Source of the DNA: the human T2T-CHM13v2.0 reference genome, Homo sapiens | NCBI RefSeq assembly: GCF_009914755.1 | Contig: NC_060926.1 | Reading direction: 5' to 3' (one strand) | Length of the DNA stretch: 64,000 nucleotides | Shown here: positions 31,411-49,889 of the stretch, piece by piece | Layout of the letters: the number at the start of each line of letters is the position of its first letter | Position numbering within the stretch: the stretch's first letter is position 1 | Notes under the pieces: model-generated | The model's database searches: none | Told to the model about the DNA's origin: nothing | What the model saw: the letters and a program-made list of their open reading frames with translations, nothing else | Made by a program: the position numbers and the translations under genes

Positions 31411-32191
31411 ATTTATATGAAGGTGATTTATATTCACATGCCAAGAACTGCATTAGATGTCCGAAGTGGAATGGATATTGCCAATGACTAGTTATCATGC
31501 CAGCAGGGCTAGTGCATGCCACTAGTACCCCGTGCACTGGCTCCTGTCTATGTCCACACAGAAGCTGCTAATGTCCAGTGTCAATGGTGCTAATATTTGC
31601 TTCTAGGGCATTGTCCTGACATTGCTACAGCAACTGAACACCATCAGCTATCATATCTTAGAGGGTACTTTCAGCAATGCTGTTAATGCTGTATGTTAAA
31701 GTCAAATGTCAGTCAAATATAGTTAAAGTCGTGTTTGCTTATACTTTACCTTTCTATTCTAGGCCTGAAAACCATGAATCTAAAGTAGCTAGTTTCAACA
31801 TAATCTGAGTGACAGACATTGTACTTTAATTTGAATTACTCACTCTCTCAGATATTGGCCAATTGTCTAATAAAACAAAAGTACTATCTTCCACAGATGA
31901 TTTCTTTCTCTAGAAAGCTGTTGTTTAAAAAAACATTCCAAATAAATCTATGCCTACTACTGTGCCCAGTCATTTCTGAATCCTAAATTGACACATTTTA
32001 CTCAAAATCTAAGGTCCTTAAGTATCTGAACTTTTTTGAAATAGGACTGAAAAAATCCCAATTCACCAAATTGGTTGTTTAGTCTCTATTTTGTTTTAAG
32101 GACAGAGATTATTTTGACAGATTGATGGAGCATTTCAAGTTTCAGGATGACAGTGTATAATTTTCCACAATTTGAGTAAATGGACTTTTCT

Positions 32192-32471
<280 letters not shown>

Positions 32472-32724
32472 AAATGGACTTTTCTTTCTTTTTTTTTTTT
32501 TTAATTAATTTTTTTTATTATTATACTTTAAGTTTTAGGGTACATGTGCCCATTGTGCAGGTTAGTTACATATGTATACATGTGCCATGCTGGTGTGCTG
32601 CACCCACTAACTCGTCATCTAGCATTAGGTATATCTCCCAATGCTATCCCTCCCCCCTCCCCCCACCCCACAACAGTCCCCAGAGTGTGATATTCCCCTT
32701 CCTGTGTCCATGTGATCTCATTGT

Positions 32725-36566
<3,842 letters not shown>

Positions 36567-36614
36567 TTATTTTGCTCATTAGTTGATGCAGTTTCATCCT
36601 AGTCTCGATGGTCT

Positions 36615-37631
36615 TTACATTTTGGCATGATTTTGCAGTGGCTGGTACCGGTTGTTCCTTTCCATGTTTAGTGCTTCCTTCAGGAGCTCTTGTAAGGCAG
36701 GCCTGGTTGTGACAAAATCTCTCAGCATTTGCTTGTCTGTAAAGTATTTTATTTCTCCTTCACTTATGAAGCTTAGTTTGGCTGGATATGAAATTCTGGG
36801 TTGAAAATTCTTTTCTTTAAGAATGTTGAATATTGGCCCCCACTCTCTTCTGGCTTGTAGGGTTTCTGCCGAGAGATCCGCTGTTAGTCTGATGGGCTTC
36901 CCTTTGAGGGTAACCCGACCTTTCTCTCTGGCTGCCCTTAACACTTTTTCCTTCATTTCAACTTTGGTGAATCTGACAATTATGTGTCTTGGAGTTGCTC
37001 TTCTTGAGGAGTATCTTTGTGGCGTTCTCTATATTTCCTGAATCTGAACGTTGGCCTGCCTTGCTAGATTGGGGAAGTTCTCCTGGATAATATCCTGCAG
37101 AGTGTTTTCCAACTTGGTTCCATTCTCCCCATCACTTTCAGGTACACCAATCAGACGTAGATTTGGTCTTTTCACATAGTCCCCTATTTCTTGGAGGCTT
37201 TGCTCATTTCTTTTTATTCTTTTTTCTCTAAACTTCCCTTCTCACTTCATTTCATTCATTTCATCTTCCATTGCTGATACCCTTTCTTCCAGTTGATCGC
37301 ATCGGCTCCTGAGGCTTCTGCATTCTTCACGTAGTTCTCGAGCCTTGGTTTTCAGCTCCATCAGCTCCTTTAAGCACTTCTCTGTATTGGTTATTCTAGT
37401 TATACATTCTTCTAAATTTTTTTCAAAGTTTTCAACTTCTTTGCCTTTGGTTTGAATGTCCTCCCGTAGCTCAGAGTAATTTGATCGTCTGAAGCCTTCT
37501 TCTCTCAGCTCGTCAAAGTCATTCTCCATCCAGCTTTGTTCCGTTGCTGGTGAGGAACTGCGTTCCTTTGGAGGAGGAGAGGCGCTCTGCTTTTTAGAGT
37601 TTCCAGTTTTTCTGTTCTGTTTTTTCCCCAT
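36615..37631 (-). pseudogene. L1 ORF1p with two nonsense codons
   Basis: MGKKQNRK...HAKM spans 1017 nt in frame; CGA>TGA at codon 130 (37242-37244) and CAG>TAG at codon 201 (37029-37031). Confidence 0.93.
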
Positions 37632-38540
37632 CTTTGTGGTTTTATCTACTTTTGGTCTTTGATGATGGTGATGTACAGATGGGTTTTTGGTGTGGATGTC
37701 CTTTCTGTTTGTTAGTTTTCCTTCTAACAGACAGGACCCTCAGCTGCAGGTCTGTTGGAGTACCCTGTTGTGTGAGGTGTCAGTGTGCCCCTTCTGGGGG
37801 GTGCCTCCCAGTTAGGCTGCTCGGGGGTCAGGGGTCAGGGACCCACTTGAGGAGGCAGTCTGCCTGTTCTCAGATCTCCAGCTGCATGCTGGGAGAACCA
37901 CCGCTCTCTTCAAAGCTGTCAGACAGGGACATTTAAGTCTGCAGAGGTTACTGCTGTCTTTTTGTTTGTCTGTGCCCTGCCCCCAGAGGTGGAGCCTACA
38001 GAGGCAGGCAGGCCTCCTTGAGCTGTGGTGGGCTCCACCCAGTTCGAGCTTCCCAGCTGCTTTGTTTACCTAATCAAGCCTGGGCAATGGCGGGCGCCCC
38101 TCCCCCAGACTCGCTGACGCCTTGCAGTTTGATCTCAGACTGCTGTGCTAGCAATCAGCGAGACTCCGTGGGCGTAGGACCCTCTGAGTCAGGTGCGAGA
38201 TATAATCTGGTGGTGCACCATTTTTTAAGCCCGTCGGAAAAGCGCAGTATTCAGGTGGGAGTGACCCGATTTTCCAGGTGCCCTCCGTTACCCCTTTCTT
38301 TGACTCGGAAAGGGAACTCCCTGACCCCTTGCGCTTCCCAAGTGAGGCAACGCCTCGCCCTGCTTCGGCTCGCGCACGGTGCGCGCACCCACTGACTTGC
38401 GCCCACTGTCTGGCACTCCCTAGTGAGATGAACCCAGTACCTCAGATGGAAATGCAGAAATCACCTGTCTTCTGCGTCGCTCACGCTGGGAGCTGTAGAC
38501 CGGAGCTGTTCCTATTCGGCCATCTTGACTCCTCTCTGCC
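37632..38540 (-). promoter_or_regulatory. L1 5' UTR: internal sense promoter (YY1 site) and antisense promoter
   Basis: Relatively CpG-rich; YY1 core GGCCATCTT at about 38518-38526 is intact. Confidence 0.8.
38087..38395 (+). CDS. L1 antisense ORF0, open, 102 aa (C-terminally extended); expression unknown
   Basis: GCAATGG Kozak context; MAGAPPPDSLTPCSLISDCCASNQRDSVGVGPSE... matches the known ORF0 N-terminus. Confidence 0.6.
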   Translation: MAGAPPPDSLTPCSLISDCCASNQRDSVGVGPSESGARYNLVVHHFLSPSEKRSIQVGVTRFSRCPPLPLSLTRKGNSLTPCASQVRQRLALLRLAHGARTH

Positions 38541-40184
38541 GGACTTTTCTTTAAGAAAATCTTCTGCCACTGTTATAAAAGGTAAATTTAAGTGGAAATC
38601 TTAAAACTGTTATGTTGGCAATTATATCAAAATAATGTAATAGATATTTCATATCTCAGCGCAAAGAAAAAGCTTATTACATTCTTTCAGTCAATTAATA
38701 TGCACATTTAGATTTTGTAAAGAATGATGTGCCTTATATATTTACAGTGACTGAAATATTGAAAAAGAAGTATGTGCAATAAATTATTAGGCGATTATTG
38801 ATCAGTTTTTAAATAGGGGCTTCAGTACCATTATTAGGGAAATGCAACGACCTTTGCAGTACAAAGAAGCTTTACATTTTTATTTTGGTGTTAGGCTTGT
38901 AAGGCCTTGGTTTATACAAAGCCTTGATTTCTTCTTCATTGTTTCATCCTTTTTAGATCCTCTCTTTGTCAACACACTGCTACAGCAGCAACTAATGATA
39001 GTTATTAAAATGTGTCCAAATTGTAGAATATCTGCTATAGTAATATGGTTCTAAAGGATTTTTAATAATTGAAGAGGCAACAACTTTCTCTGGCTCTTGG
39101 GATGATCTGGCTAAATTTCAAAGGGAAAATTACATTCTGTCTGTTGCATTCCCTAGTATTTTCATGTGTTTGGCAGGCTCTTTAAAAACAAAATAAAAAC
39201 AAATGAAATAAAAATAAAACAGAAACCACAGATTCGCCATGTAATAGAGATTCACAAGAATGCTTTTGTACGGTATTATATTTGGCTTCACAAAAGATGT
39301 GTACACCTCTGCTGAACATGTGCATCTTAATGAAGGATTAAGAGTAGATTTCTTCGAGAATTTGGAAAAATTTTTTTATGTTATCTAAATAGTGCAATTG
39401 GGGTTCTATGAGTAAATGTATGAACAGCTATCTGTGTATATCCTTTTACTAAGACTTGAGAAAAAAAACAAACACTGAGTGAATTAGGTATGCCGTAAAA
39501 TCATCAGTTCTGTACATAGGAAGAATTGGTAACTTGGATCCAGGAAACACACCCATCATCACCAATATCATTATCTCATCTTCCAACCTGCATTGCTCAT
39601 ATTATGCATTTTAGCATACGCATTATGAACAGAAAAAAAGCAAAGGTTACTTTCACTGAGCAACATTGAGATAGAGTTTCTTTTGGACACTTAATTTTGT
39701 ATCTGTTTCTCTTTTTTTGAGCAGGCTCTATAATAACAAAACTGAAGTCACAGACAAATCCAAGCTTTTAATAGGAAGTAAAAAAGACATTTATTCTATA
39801 TCTATATCAACATTCTATAGAATTCAAAAGTATTGTTTCTCTGTGTTCACCTCTAGCAAGAAATTTTCTTAAAACACTAAGGACAGTTAAAAAGATTCTA
39901 TGTATAATATAACCATGAATATGAAAAGCTTTAAAGAAATCTAACCTCATTTGTTAATGCTTTCATGCTTTTATAAGTAATGGAATATCAGAAGATTATA
40001 AAGAATTATTTGGGAAGCCCTAAGGCATGGTGAGGGAATATTTCTCTATTAGGGAATATTAGCTCTAATGGGTCACACGTCATGTGGAAAAAGCAGGATG
40101 TAAAACTGCTTTTGCTTTATGACAATACCGTAGGGCATCTCTCCCATACTACTTTAGGAATACTTTTAAGAGATATTTCACTGG

Positions 40185-40335
40185 GCTTTGAGAAGTAAGC
40201 TATATTACCTCCCTGTTGAAAAGATGAGGGATAGTGAGATTGGAAGGTTAAATGGTTTGCTTACCATCTCATGCTGTTATTGGCAGACGAAATATAGGGG
40301 AATAGCCTCTGGACTTTAAATCTGTTGCTTAGCTA
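40185..40335 (-). mobile_element. MIR fragment
   Basis: AGATGAGGGATAGTGAG...AAGGTTAAATGGTTTGC...TGGCAGA. Confidence 0.5.
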
Positions 40336-42046
40336 CTGATCCACAATAGCTCCCAATTGACTTGAACTACAGAGTACTAGAGAATTTGAAGATTTGAAAA
40401 AGATCATACCTCAACAGAAATAAAAAGTGAAAAGTTCTATCAACAGATTGTTCTATACATAAATCACTTCATCACTCTCATCGAATAGATTCATGTATTA
40501 GTATATTCATTTTTTAAATTTTCATGACATCATAAATACATTGCTAGGTGATACTGTATTGTAAATATATATTAGAAAATACCTGCATAAGCTCTTCTCA
40601 ATCTTTTTCACGTATATATAGAGAGGAAAATTATTAAGTAACCTTCATATTTACTTATCCTCAGTTGTGACAACAAAAGCCATGTCAACTGTCAGGTGAT
40701 ATATATTGTCATGCACCCCAATCTACCATATTAAAAAATTAAAGTGGAATTCGTACTTTTTTTATTTTTCAAAAAGGAAGTGTATCTTAATTTAAAGTAG
40801 TATATTTTAATTTAAAATATGCAACATCAGGTAAAATTTGGTTTGGGTTAAAACAGTCTGATCAGAAAAATGTTTTGATTTCTATTATTTCCCCTGCCCC
40901 CCAAAATACAGATGGTTTTAATGAATTCATGAATGTTTGCTTAATTATTTCACTGACCACATCTTAAAAATAAAGTCTCTACCCTTCTCATTTTGTTTTG
41001 ATGAGTAAGAGTTGGTGGTAGAGAAGAGAGCAAAGATCTCTCCCACCTGCAAGTGTACATCTTGATTATACAGATGATATTTTGATCTCCACTATGACCT
41101 GTTTGACTTCCTTTAATTGCCCTATATTCTATTTCTCCACATGGAAAAACACAAACCTCCTTGGTGATGGTATGGAAAAGAGCCTTGTAAGATGCAGGCT
41201 GTTGGATTGCTCAGCTCCAAGACCAAGTTACACTGAGTACCAGAGGAGAGAGCTATGCTTTTCTGAGACCATGATCAGAAATAGCAGTCCCAGAACATTC
41301 AAGATTACTTGAATATGCAACTTTGCTGAATTGACTGTAGTCAGTGACTGAAGAATTCATTAGTACTCAGAAGCACTCTGGTGCTTGCAGACTTCAAGAA
41401 CTATTTTTATACCCAAGCTACAATAATTTGTTTAGACCCTCAGTCTCCTCCCTAATACTGTCTCTAGGGTCACAATGTGTTTACTTTATTTGCAAGTGTG
41501 TTTCACAGTTGCACCTGAAAGCCCCATTTCTAGAGCATTCCCTCCTTAAAAAGAACCTACACTTTGTTTAAGCTCCTCCTGAGTTTCTCTCATCTTAAAG
41601 CAGTGTTTGCAAACATATAAATTATGTAATTTCTCCTTCTTCATGTATGTACATTTTTCATTAGGTCTTCATGAACTCTCTGCATTTCATGAATTTGATG
41701 GCTTTTATTCATGTGTTTCTCCTAACTTAGCCTGATGATTTCCAGTGTTATATCCTCCACCCCTCATTTTTTTCTAGATTAAGTGGTGCCCTGTCGACAT
41801 ACCCCATAAGAATCATCATCAACAACAACATAACTAGAAATAAGACATTAATATTATACCCATACACAGTCAAAGCAATCGTAAAGAAATAAAATCTGTT
41901 GTAAACATCTTGTACTTTGGGGACAGGAGTTTAAGATTAAATATACTGATTTGTGACATTTATCTGATTTTAGTCTACAATAAGTTGTGCTCATTCTATT
42001 TTTAAAGTATCTATGTTATTTCACTTAATGAAAACATAAAGATGGG

Positions 42047-42492
42047 TATGATAGTTCATAGTGAGTGTCATCTTGATTGGATTGAAGGATACAAAGTATT
42101 GATCCTGGGTGTGTCTGTGAGGGTGTTGCCAAAGGAGATTACCATGTGAGTCAGTGGGCTGGGGAAGGCAGACCCACCCTTAATCTTGGTGGGCACCATC
42201 TAATCAGCTGCCAGCTCAGCTAGAAGATAAAGCAGGCAGAAAAATGAAAAGAGATGAGACAGGCCTAGCCTCCCAGCCTACATCTTTCCCCTGTGCTGGA
42301 TGCTTTCTGCCCTCAAACATTAGACTCAAAGTTTTTCAGTTTTGGTACTCGAACTGGCTGTTCCTGCTCTTCAGCCTGAAGACTGTCTATTATGGGACCT
42401 TGTGATCATATAAGTTAATACTTAATAAACTGTCTTTTATATATATATATATTCCATTAGTTATGTCCCTCTACAGAACCCTGACTAATACA
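42047..42492 (+). mobile_element. MLT2A1 (HERV-L) solo LTR
   Basis: TTGATTGGATTGAAGGATACAAAGTATTGATCCTGGGTGTGTCTGTGAGGG...GAACCCTGACTAATACA, 446 bp; perfect TSD ATGGG at 42042-42046 and 42493-42497. Confidence 0.92.
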
Positions 42493-44358
42493 ATGGGTTA
42501 GGTAAAATTATGTCTTAGCTGAAGAAGCAATTCTCATATAATCGAGACAGACATCTCTCTTTCTAAGTAATATAATTTTTGAAATTATAGTAAAATGATA
42601 CACTGTTGAATTTTAAGAGTATACTGAAATAAATGACATTAGTATAATGAGTAAAATGACATCTATGATAAGTTTAGCAGAACACACTGCAAATTAGCAC
42701 ACTATTAAATTGTAATATTATCAAAATTCAAATAATTCAGAAATAATATATTTACAAAATTAGATAAATTTATCCAATCTCCGCATTTATATTTTTTATT
42801 TTTTAAATTTCTTATAATTGGATACAAGTAGATCTTATTCATGTACTTCTGTACATTTATTTTAAAAGTATAAATATCTGAAATAAATGAGAGGTCAAAG
42901 CAGGTTGCCAAGATTATAATAGCACATGTAGGGAGCTAAAAACTCATTAAAATATGCCATTAACTTGCTGTTTCATCAATCAAAGGGTAAAATAGGCAAA
43001 AGGAAAATAAAACATATATGTGCCACTTTTTAAAATAAACAATCACATTTACTTTCATTAACAATTAGAGAAACACTATCATTCTATACCTCTCTCTCCT
43101 GTACTGTTTATGACTGGAGTTGGTAGGGCTTCATACAATATGGAGACACTCTCCTTTTTTGTTAAATTGGTTTTAGTTCCGAAGAATTGACACTTCTTAA
43201 ACTCTCTCTAGTAATACATTTTTTTCTCCCTAGTGATCCGTCTTTCTCTTTTCCAGGGCTTACTTGCTGTCTAATACACTATAACCCCTGAGGATGAAAT
43301 GGCCTAAAGACAAACAGTTTATTTTTATAGAACTGGGAGTCCTGGTGTGTTCATCCAAAAATTCTTGAGAAATAAAAACACAGTATAATTTATAGCCCCT
43401 ACTTTAAGAGCAAATTAAGTTATCAAAAATATGTACCTTAGATAGCTTATATGTAAATAAAATTTTTATATTATATTATGGTTTTATTTGTAAAAACCTG
43501 TAAGCATAGAGTATTTCTAATTGTGGTAGAAAATAAAGAAGTGCTAAAACAACACTTAGTGTGTTTAAATATCTTGGTACACAGTCATCAATGTTTTATT
43601 TCTTTTTTTTTTTCAAAAACTACCAATTTATTTCAGAGAATGTCCTGATAATGCTAGAATGTAAAAATTTTTGAGAAACAGTGTTACAGCAGCTTAAATA
43701 TCTTATAGTCAAAGATTATGCTATGAATACCTAAATCACATATTTGCCTCACTAGAATGGAAAAAAGAGAAAACAACCAAAATTAATTAAGTCATATGTA
43801 ATAGGGGCTCATATCACCTAATACACACCAGTATGGATATTCTGGTTGAACGATTATTAAAATAAGTCTGAACAGTTTGGTAAATAACTGTGGCTCTGAG
43901 CAAGCTGTGTGTCCCTCTTTCCCCAGATATCTGTTTCTAATATTCCCCCATTTGATCCAGCAAAAGATGGGTTAATGACTGGCACAGTATGTGGTTCCTA
44001 GAACCAGGGCTCCCAGTGCAAGGCCAGTATCATTCTCTTTGGCATTTTGCCATACCACTTGATAGATATTGTCACTCTGTAATCAAGCAATGTAAAATCT
44101 GTCACAACGTAACTCTGTATAATTAGTACGATAAATCATTCTTTTGTTCATAATGAAGTTTACTTCATCTCACAACAATATCCCTACGTCCAAGTCTCAT
44201 CCAAATTGTTACCAATCAACTTGGAGAAGCATGTCATGCAACAATGAATTAGGGGAGATGTTAGAGAGAAGTGAGAGTCTTTCTGAAAAACATTGTTGGA
44301 AGCTTTTTATAGGTAGTACATGGAGTACTGGGCACCCCTCAACTGGATTCCCTTAGAG

Positions 44359-44638
44359 CAGGAGTCCCCGAACCCCCAGCTGCGGACTGGTACCAGTCCA
44401 TAGCCTGTTAGGAACCCATCCACAGAGCAGGAGGTGAGCTGCAAGTGAGCGAGCACTACTGCCTGAGGTCAGGCGAGGGATGTAGGTGGCCTACTCCTTA
44501 TGAGAATCTATTGTCTGATGATCTGAGGTGGAACAGTTTCATCCCGAAAACATCCCCTTATACCACCACCTCCCCTTCTGTGGAAAAATTGTCTTCCACA
44601 AAACTGGTTCCTGGTGCCAAAAAGATTGGGGACTGCTG
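44359..44638 (+). mobile_element. MER1B (hAT-Charlie) MITE with internal deletion
   Basis: CAGGAGTCCCC...GGGGACTGCTG terminal inverted repeats; 8-bp TSD CCTTAGAG / CCTTAAAG. Confidence 0.88.
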
Positions 44639-44689
44639 CCTTAAAGTCACATCTTAAATGAATGTAGTATAGTATCGAACCAGGAACAT

Positions 44690-45950
44690 GACATTGTAAA
44701 TGGCATTGTGTTTTAATTTGTTTCCACATATTCATGGCTAGTATAAAAATATGATGTCGTTTTTGTTTTGGACCTTGTATCTTGTGAACTTGAAAACTCA
44801 CTTTTTATTTCTAGGTGTTTTCTTCCAGATTCCTTGGGATTTTCTATATATATCATCTATCTATCTATCTCACTTTAAAGTTGAGACAGATTTATTCCTT
44901 CCTTTCTAATAGGTATGTCTTTTTTTCTTGCCTTATTATGCTGGGTAAGAATTCCTCTACTGTGTTAAATAAAGTGGTGAGAGTGGACACCCTTGCCTTG
45001 TTTCCTATCTTAGGAGAAAATAATTCAGTCTTTCACCAGTACGTATGATGTTAAAGTGAATAAGGTGAATGAGCATAAGTGAGCTCTAAGTTTTTTTATA
45101 GATATTATTTATCAAATTGAAGAAATTTTACTCTGTTTCTAGTTTGCTGAGAAGTTTTATAATTAACAGCTGTTGGATTTTATCAAATTTTGTTTCGCAA
45201 CAATTGATATGATCTTGTGCTTTTTCATTTATTATTTCATTGATATTATGGGTTACACTGATTAGTTTTCCAATATTGAAACAGCTTTGCATTCTTGGAA
45301 TAAACTGCACTTGATAATGGTGTATAATTACATGCATATCCTGCTAATTTTGATTTGCTAGTATTTTGTTGAGAATTTTTGCATCTAAGTACATGAGAGG
45401 TATTGGTCTGTAGTTTTCTTTGTCCTGTGATGCCTTTGTCTGGTTCTGTCATCAGGGTAATAGGGTTCTCATAAAATGAGCTAGAAATGTTCCTTGTATT
45501 TTATTTTCTGGAATAGATTGTTTGGAATTGGTGACAATTCATCTCTAAAAGTTTTGTTCAGTTCTCTAGTGAAATCATATGGGCCTGTTTGTTTCCAATG
45601 ATACTTTCTTGGCTTTTTAAAAGCTTTTTAATTGTGAGTTAAATTTCTATTTCATATGTATGAGTTTGATAGTTTGTAATTTTGAAAAAATTGGTTCATT
45701 TCACCTAAATTGCCAAATTCATAAGTGTAGAATTGTTCATTGCTTTTCATTATTACTTTTTTAGTGGCTGTAGAATTTGTAGCTATACCTTCTGTTTTTA
45801 TTCCCGATATTAATAATTTGTATTTTTTAATCTTAGTCTCTCTAGAAATTTATTAATTGTATTGTCCTTTTCTGGAAACCATTTTTTTTGTTTCAGTGAG
45901 TGTATGGTTTTTCTCTTGAGGCATATTTTAAAATACAGTGTGTCTATTGA
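44690..45950 (-). mobile_element. Old L1M ORF2 fragment
   Basis: ORF 45128-45337 (IIHHYQVQFIPRMQSCFNI...FDKIQQ) is a degenerate L1 RT. Confidence 0.8.
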
Positions 45951-46035
45951 TTACTTATGTATTGAGGAGATGGTGTTCTTTAACTTTTTTTCCATTATTT
46001 TGCCAGGTTATTGAATAGCTAACTCATTTTTTGTG

Positions 46036-47130
46036 GTTTTTTTTTTTTTCTAATTTTGACTTTTATCTTAGAATCAGGGAGTACATATGCAGGTTTGTTA
46101 CATAGGTTTATCATGTGATGTTGAGGTTTGGGGTACAAATGATCCCATCACCCAGGTAGTGAGCACAATATCTAACACGTAGCTTTTCAGCTCTTGTCCT
46201 GCTCTCTCTCTCCCACCTCTAGTGGTCCCCAGTGTCTATTGTCCCCATCTGTTGTTTTTTTTTTGTTTTTTTGTTTTTGTTTTTTGAGACACAGTCTCCC
46301 TCTGTCACCCAGGCTGAAGTGCAGCGGCAAAATCTTGGCTCACTGCAACTTCCACCTCCCAGGTTAAAGCAATTCTCCTGCCTCAGCCTCCCAAGTAGCT
46401 GGGATTACAGGCATGTGCCGCAATTCCCACCCAATTTTTTTTGTATTTTTCATAGAGATGGAGTTTCACCAGTTGGCTAGGCTGGTCTCAAACTCCTGAC
46501 CTCAAATGATTCACCCGCCTCGGCCTCCCAAAGTGCTAAGATTACAGACATGAGCCACTGAGCTCAGCCAAATGTTCCCATCTTTATGTCCATGTGCACC
46601 CAATGTTCACTTTCCATTTGTAAGTGAGAACATGTGGTATCTGGTTTTATGTTTCTTCATTAATTCACTTAGGATAATGTCCTCCAGCAGCATCCATGTT
46701 GCCACAAAGGACATGATTTTGTTCCTTTTTACGGAACATAGTATTCCACAATGTATATGAACCACTTTTTCTTTAATCCACTGTCAATGGGTACCTAAAT
46801 TGATGCCATGTCTTTGCTATTGTGAATAGTGCTGCGATGAACACACAATTGCATGTGTCTTTTTTGTAGAATGATTTATTTTCTTTGGGTATATACCCAG
46901 TAATGGGATTGCTGGGTCAAATGGCAGTTCTGTTTTAAATTCTTGGTAAAATCTTCAAACTACTTTCCACAATGGCTGAAATAATTTGCATTCCTTCCAA
47001 AAATGTATGTGTTCCCTTTTCTCTGCAGCCCTGTCAGGGCCTGTTATCTTTTGTCTTTTTAATAACAGCCATTGTGACTGATATAAAGTGGAATGTAATT
47101 GTGGTTTTCATTTGCATTTCTCTGATGGTT
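46036..47130 (-). mobile_element. L1PA13-16-like 3' end interrupted by an Alu
   Basis: GTACATATGCAGGTTTGTTACATAGG...GGGTATATACCCAGTAATGGGATTGCTGGGTCAAATGG. Confidence 0.85.
46251..46569 (-). mobile_element. AluS (Sx/Sz-like) inside the L1
   Basis: Full antisense Alu; TSD approximately ATTGTCCCCATCT / AATGTTCCCATCT. Confidence 0.9.
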
Positions 47131-47139
47131 AGTATACAT

Positions 47140-47519
47140 GAATTTCCTCCTGCCTCTATCACCCCTCAGACAGCAAGATCAATCACTCCTCTTCCACATC
47201 CTCTTACTGTGAAGATAATAAGGTTGAAGACCTTGATGATGATCTACTTTCACTTGAACAGCAAGTATATTTTCTCTTTCTTATGATTTTCTTAATAACA
47301 TTTTATTTTCTCTAGCTTACTTTATTGTAAGAATATGGCATAGAAATAAATGTACCATACAAAATATGTGTTAGTTGACTGTTTATATTATTGGTAAGGC
47401 TTACCATGAACAGTAGGCTATAAGTAGTTAAGTTTTGGGGGAGTCAAAAGTTATACTTGGATTTTTGACTACATTAGTTTTACGTGCCCATAACCTCTAC
47501 ATTGTTTAAGAGTGAACTG
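47140..47519 (+). mobile_element. Tigger2/Tigger2a 3' part
   Basis: CACCCCTCAGACAGCAAGA...GATGATGATCTACTT...GGGGGAGTCAAAAGTTATAC...AACTG followed by TA. Confidence 0.75.
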
Positions 47520-47721
47520 TATTTCATTTTATGGGTTCTCTGAAATTATTTATATGATTAGGTTTACTTATTTGAGCTGATAGGAATCTCAGAGTCAAAA
47601 TTGTGCCCCATATTTAATAAAGTGTGCAAGATCTATGGCATGCATCTTGGAGATAACTTTATCCCTGCTTTATCTTTTCCCCATCTTCATTTCATGATTT
47701 TATCATAATTTTTTAATACTT

Positions 47722-48000
47722 GTATGAGAGTTCTCCAGAGAAACAGAACCATTAAGGTGTCTATATTTGCCTGTCTGTCCATCTATATCTATCTATATCT
47801 ATATTATCTATCTATCTATCTAATCTATCATCTATTTATTTTAAAGAATTGGCTCATATAATTATGGAGGCTTATAAGTCCAAAATCTGTAGGGTAGGCT
47901 GGCAGGCAGGAGACCCAGGAAACATTGGTGTTGTAGTTGGAGTCTGAATGCTGCCTGCTGGCAGAATTCCTTCTTCTTTGAGGGAAGTCAGTCTTTTCTT
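47722..48000 (-). mobile_element. MLT2 (C/D-like) LTR part with internal (TCTA)n
   Basis: GTTCTCCAGAGAAACAGAACC...AAGAATTGGCTCAT..ATTATGGAGGCT...GGAGACCCAGG. Confidence 0.75.
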
Positions 48001-48009
48001 TTTGAAAAG

Positions 48010-49272
<1,263 letters not shown>

Positions 49273-49889
49273 CGTGGCTAATTCCTAATGGCCTAAGTTA
49301 AATTAGCCACATGCTATCAAGCTGTATAGAAGTTTAAAATGCTGACACTTAATAGAATATTTTTAATTAAAGGGTTGCAGTTTTCAATTCTGGCTTTTAA
49401 TTCATGGACAATTTGATGTTATTGAGATGAAGGATAACCATTATAGAAGGGAGATGAAGCCCAACATATTAAAATTTCCAATGGAGAAGATATTCTATTT
49501 TTTAATTAGTCAACAAACTCTGTCACTGATAATCTTCTATTATACTCAAGCAGACCAATATTTGTCACATATATAAACGTGATTATTCCAATACAGAGTC
49601 ACATGAGAAAAAAAACTACTCACATTAATTTTCAGGCTGATTAAAGAAATATAAGCGGCATTAATTCATTTAAAAATATTGATTGTTTACTATATGCCAG
49701 GCTTTAGAAAATGATTTGTTTGAGTCAATAAGCTAACTGTTCCAAGTGTACTATTAGTTTATAATAATTTTTACAAGTGCAAGATCGATGGAGTATGGGG
49801 TTTGTAGTTTCTTGGAGAAAATTTATATTTCTTGGAGGGTTCAGAAGAGTCCTAAACCCTCTTCAAACTGTTAATAATATCTAAGAAAA

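Noticed and set aside
32648-32670. G-quadruplex-forming tract on the minus strand
   Set aside because: Standard feature of the L1PA 3' UTR, not specific to this locus
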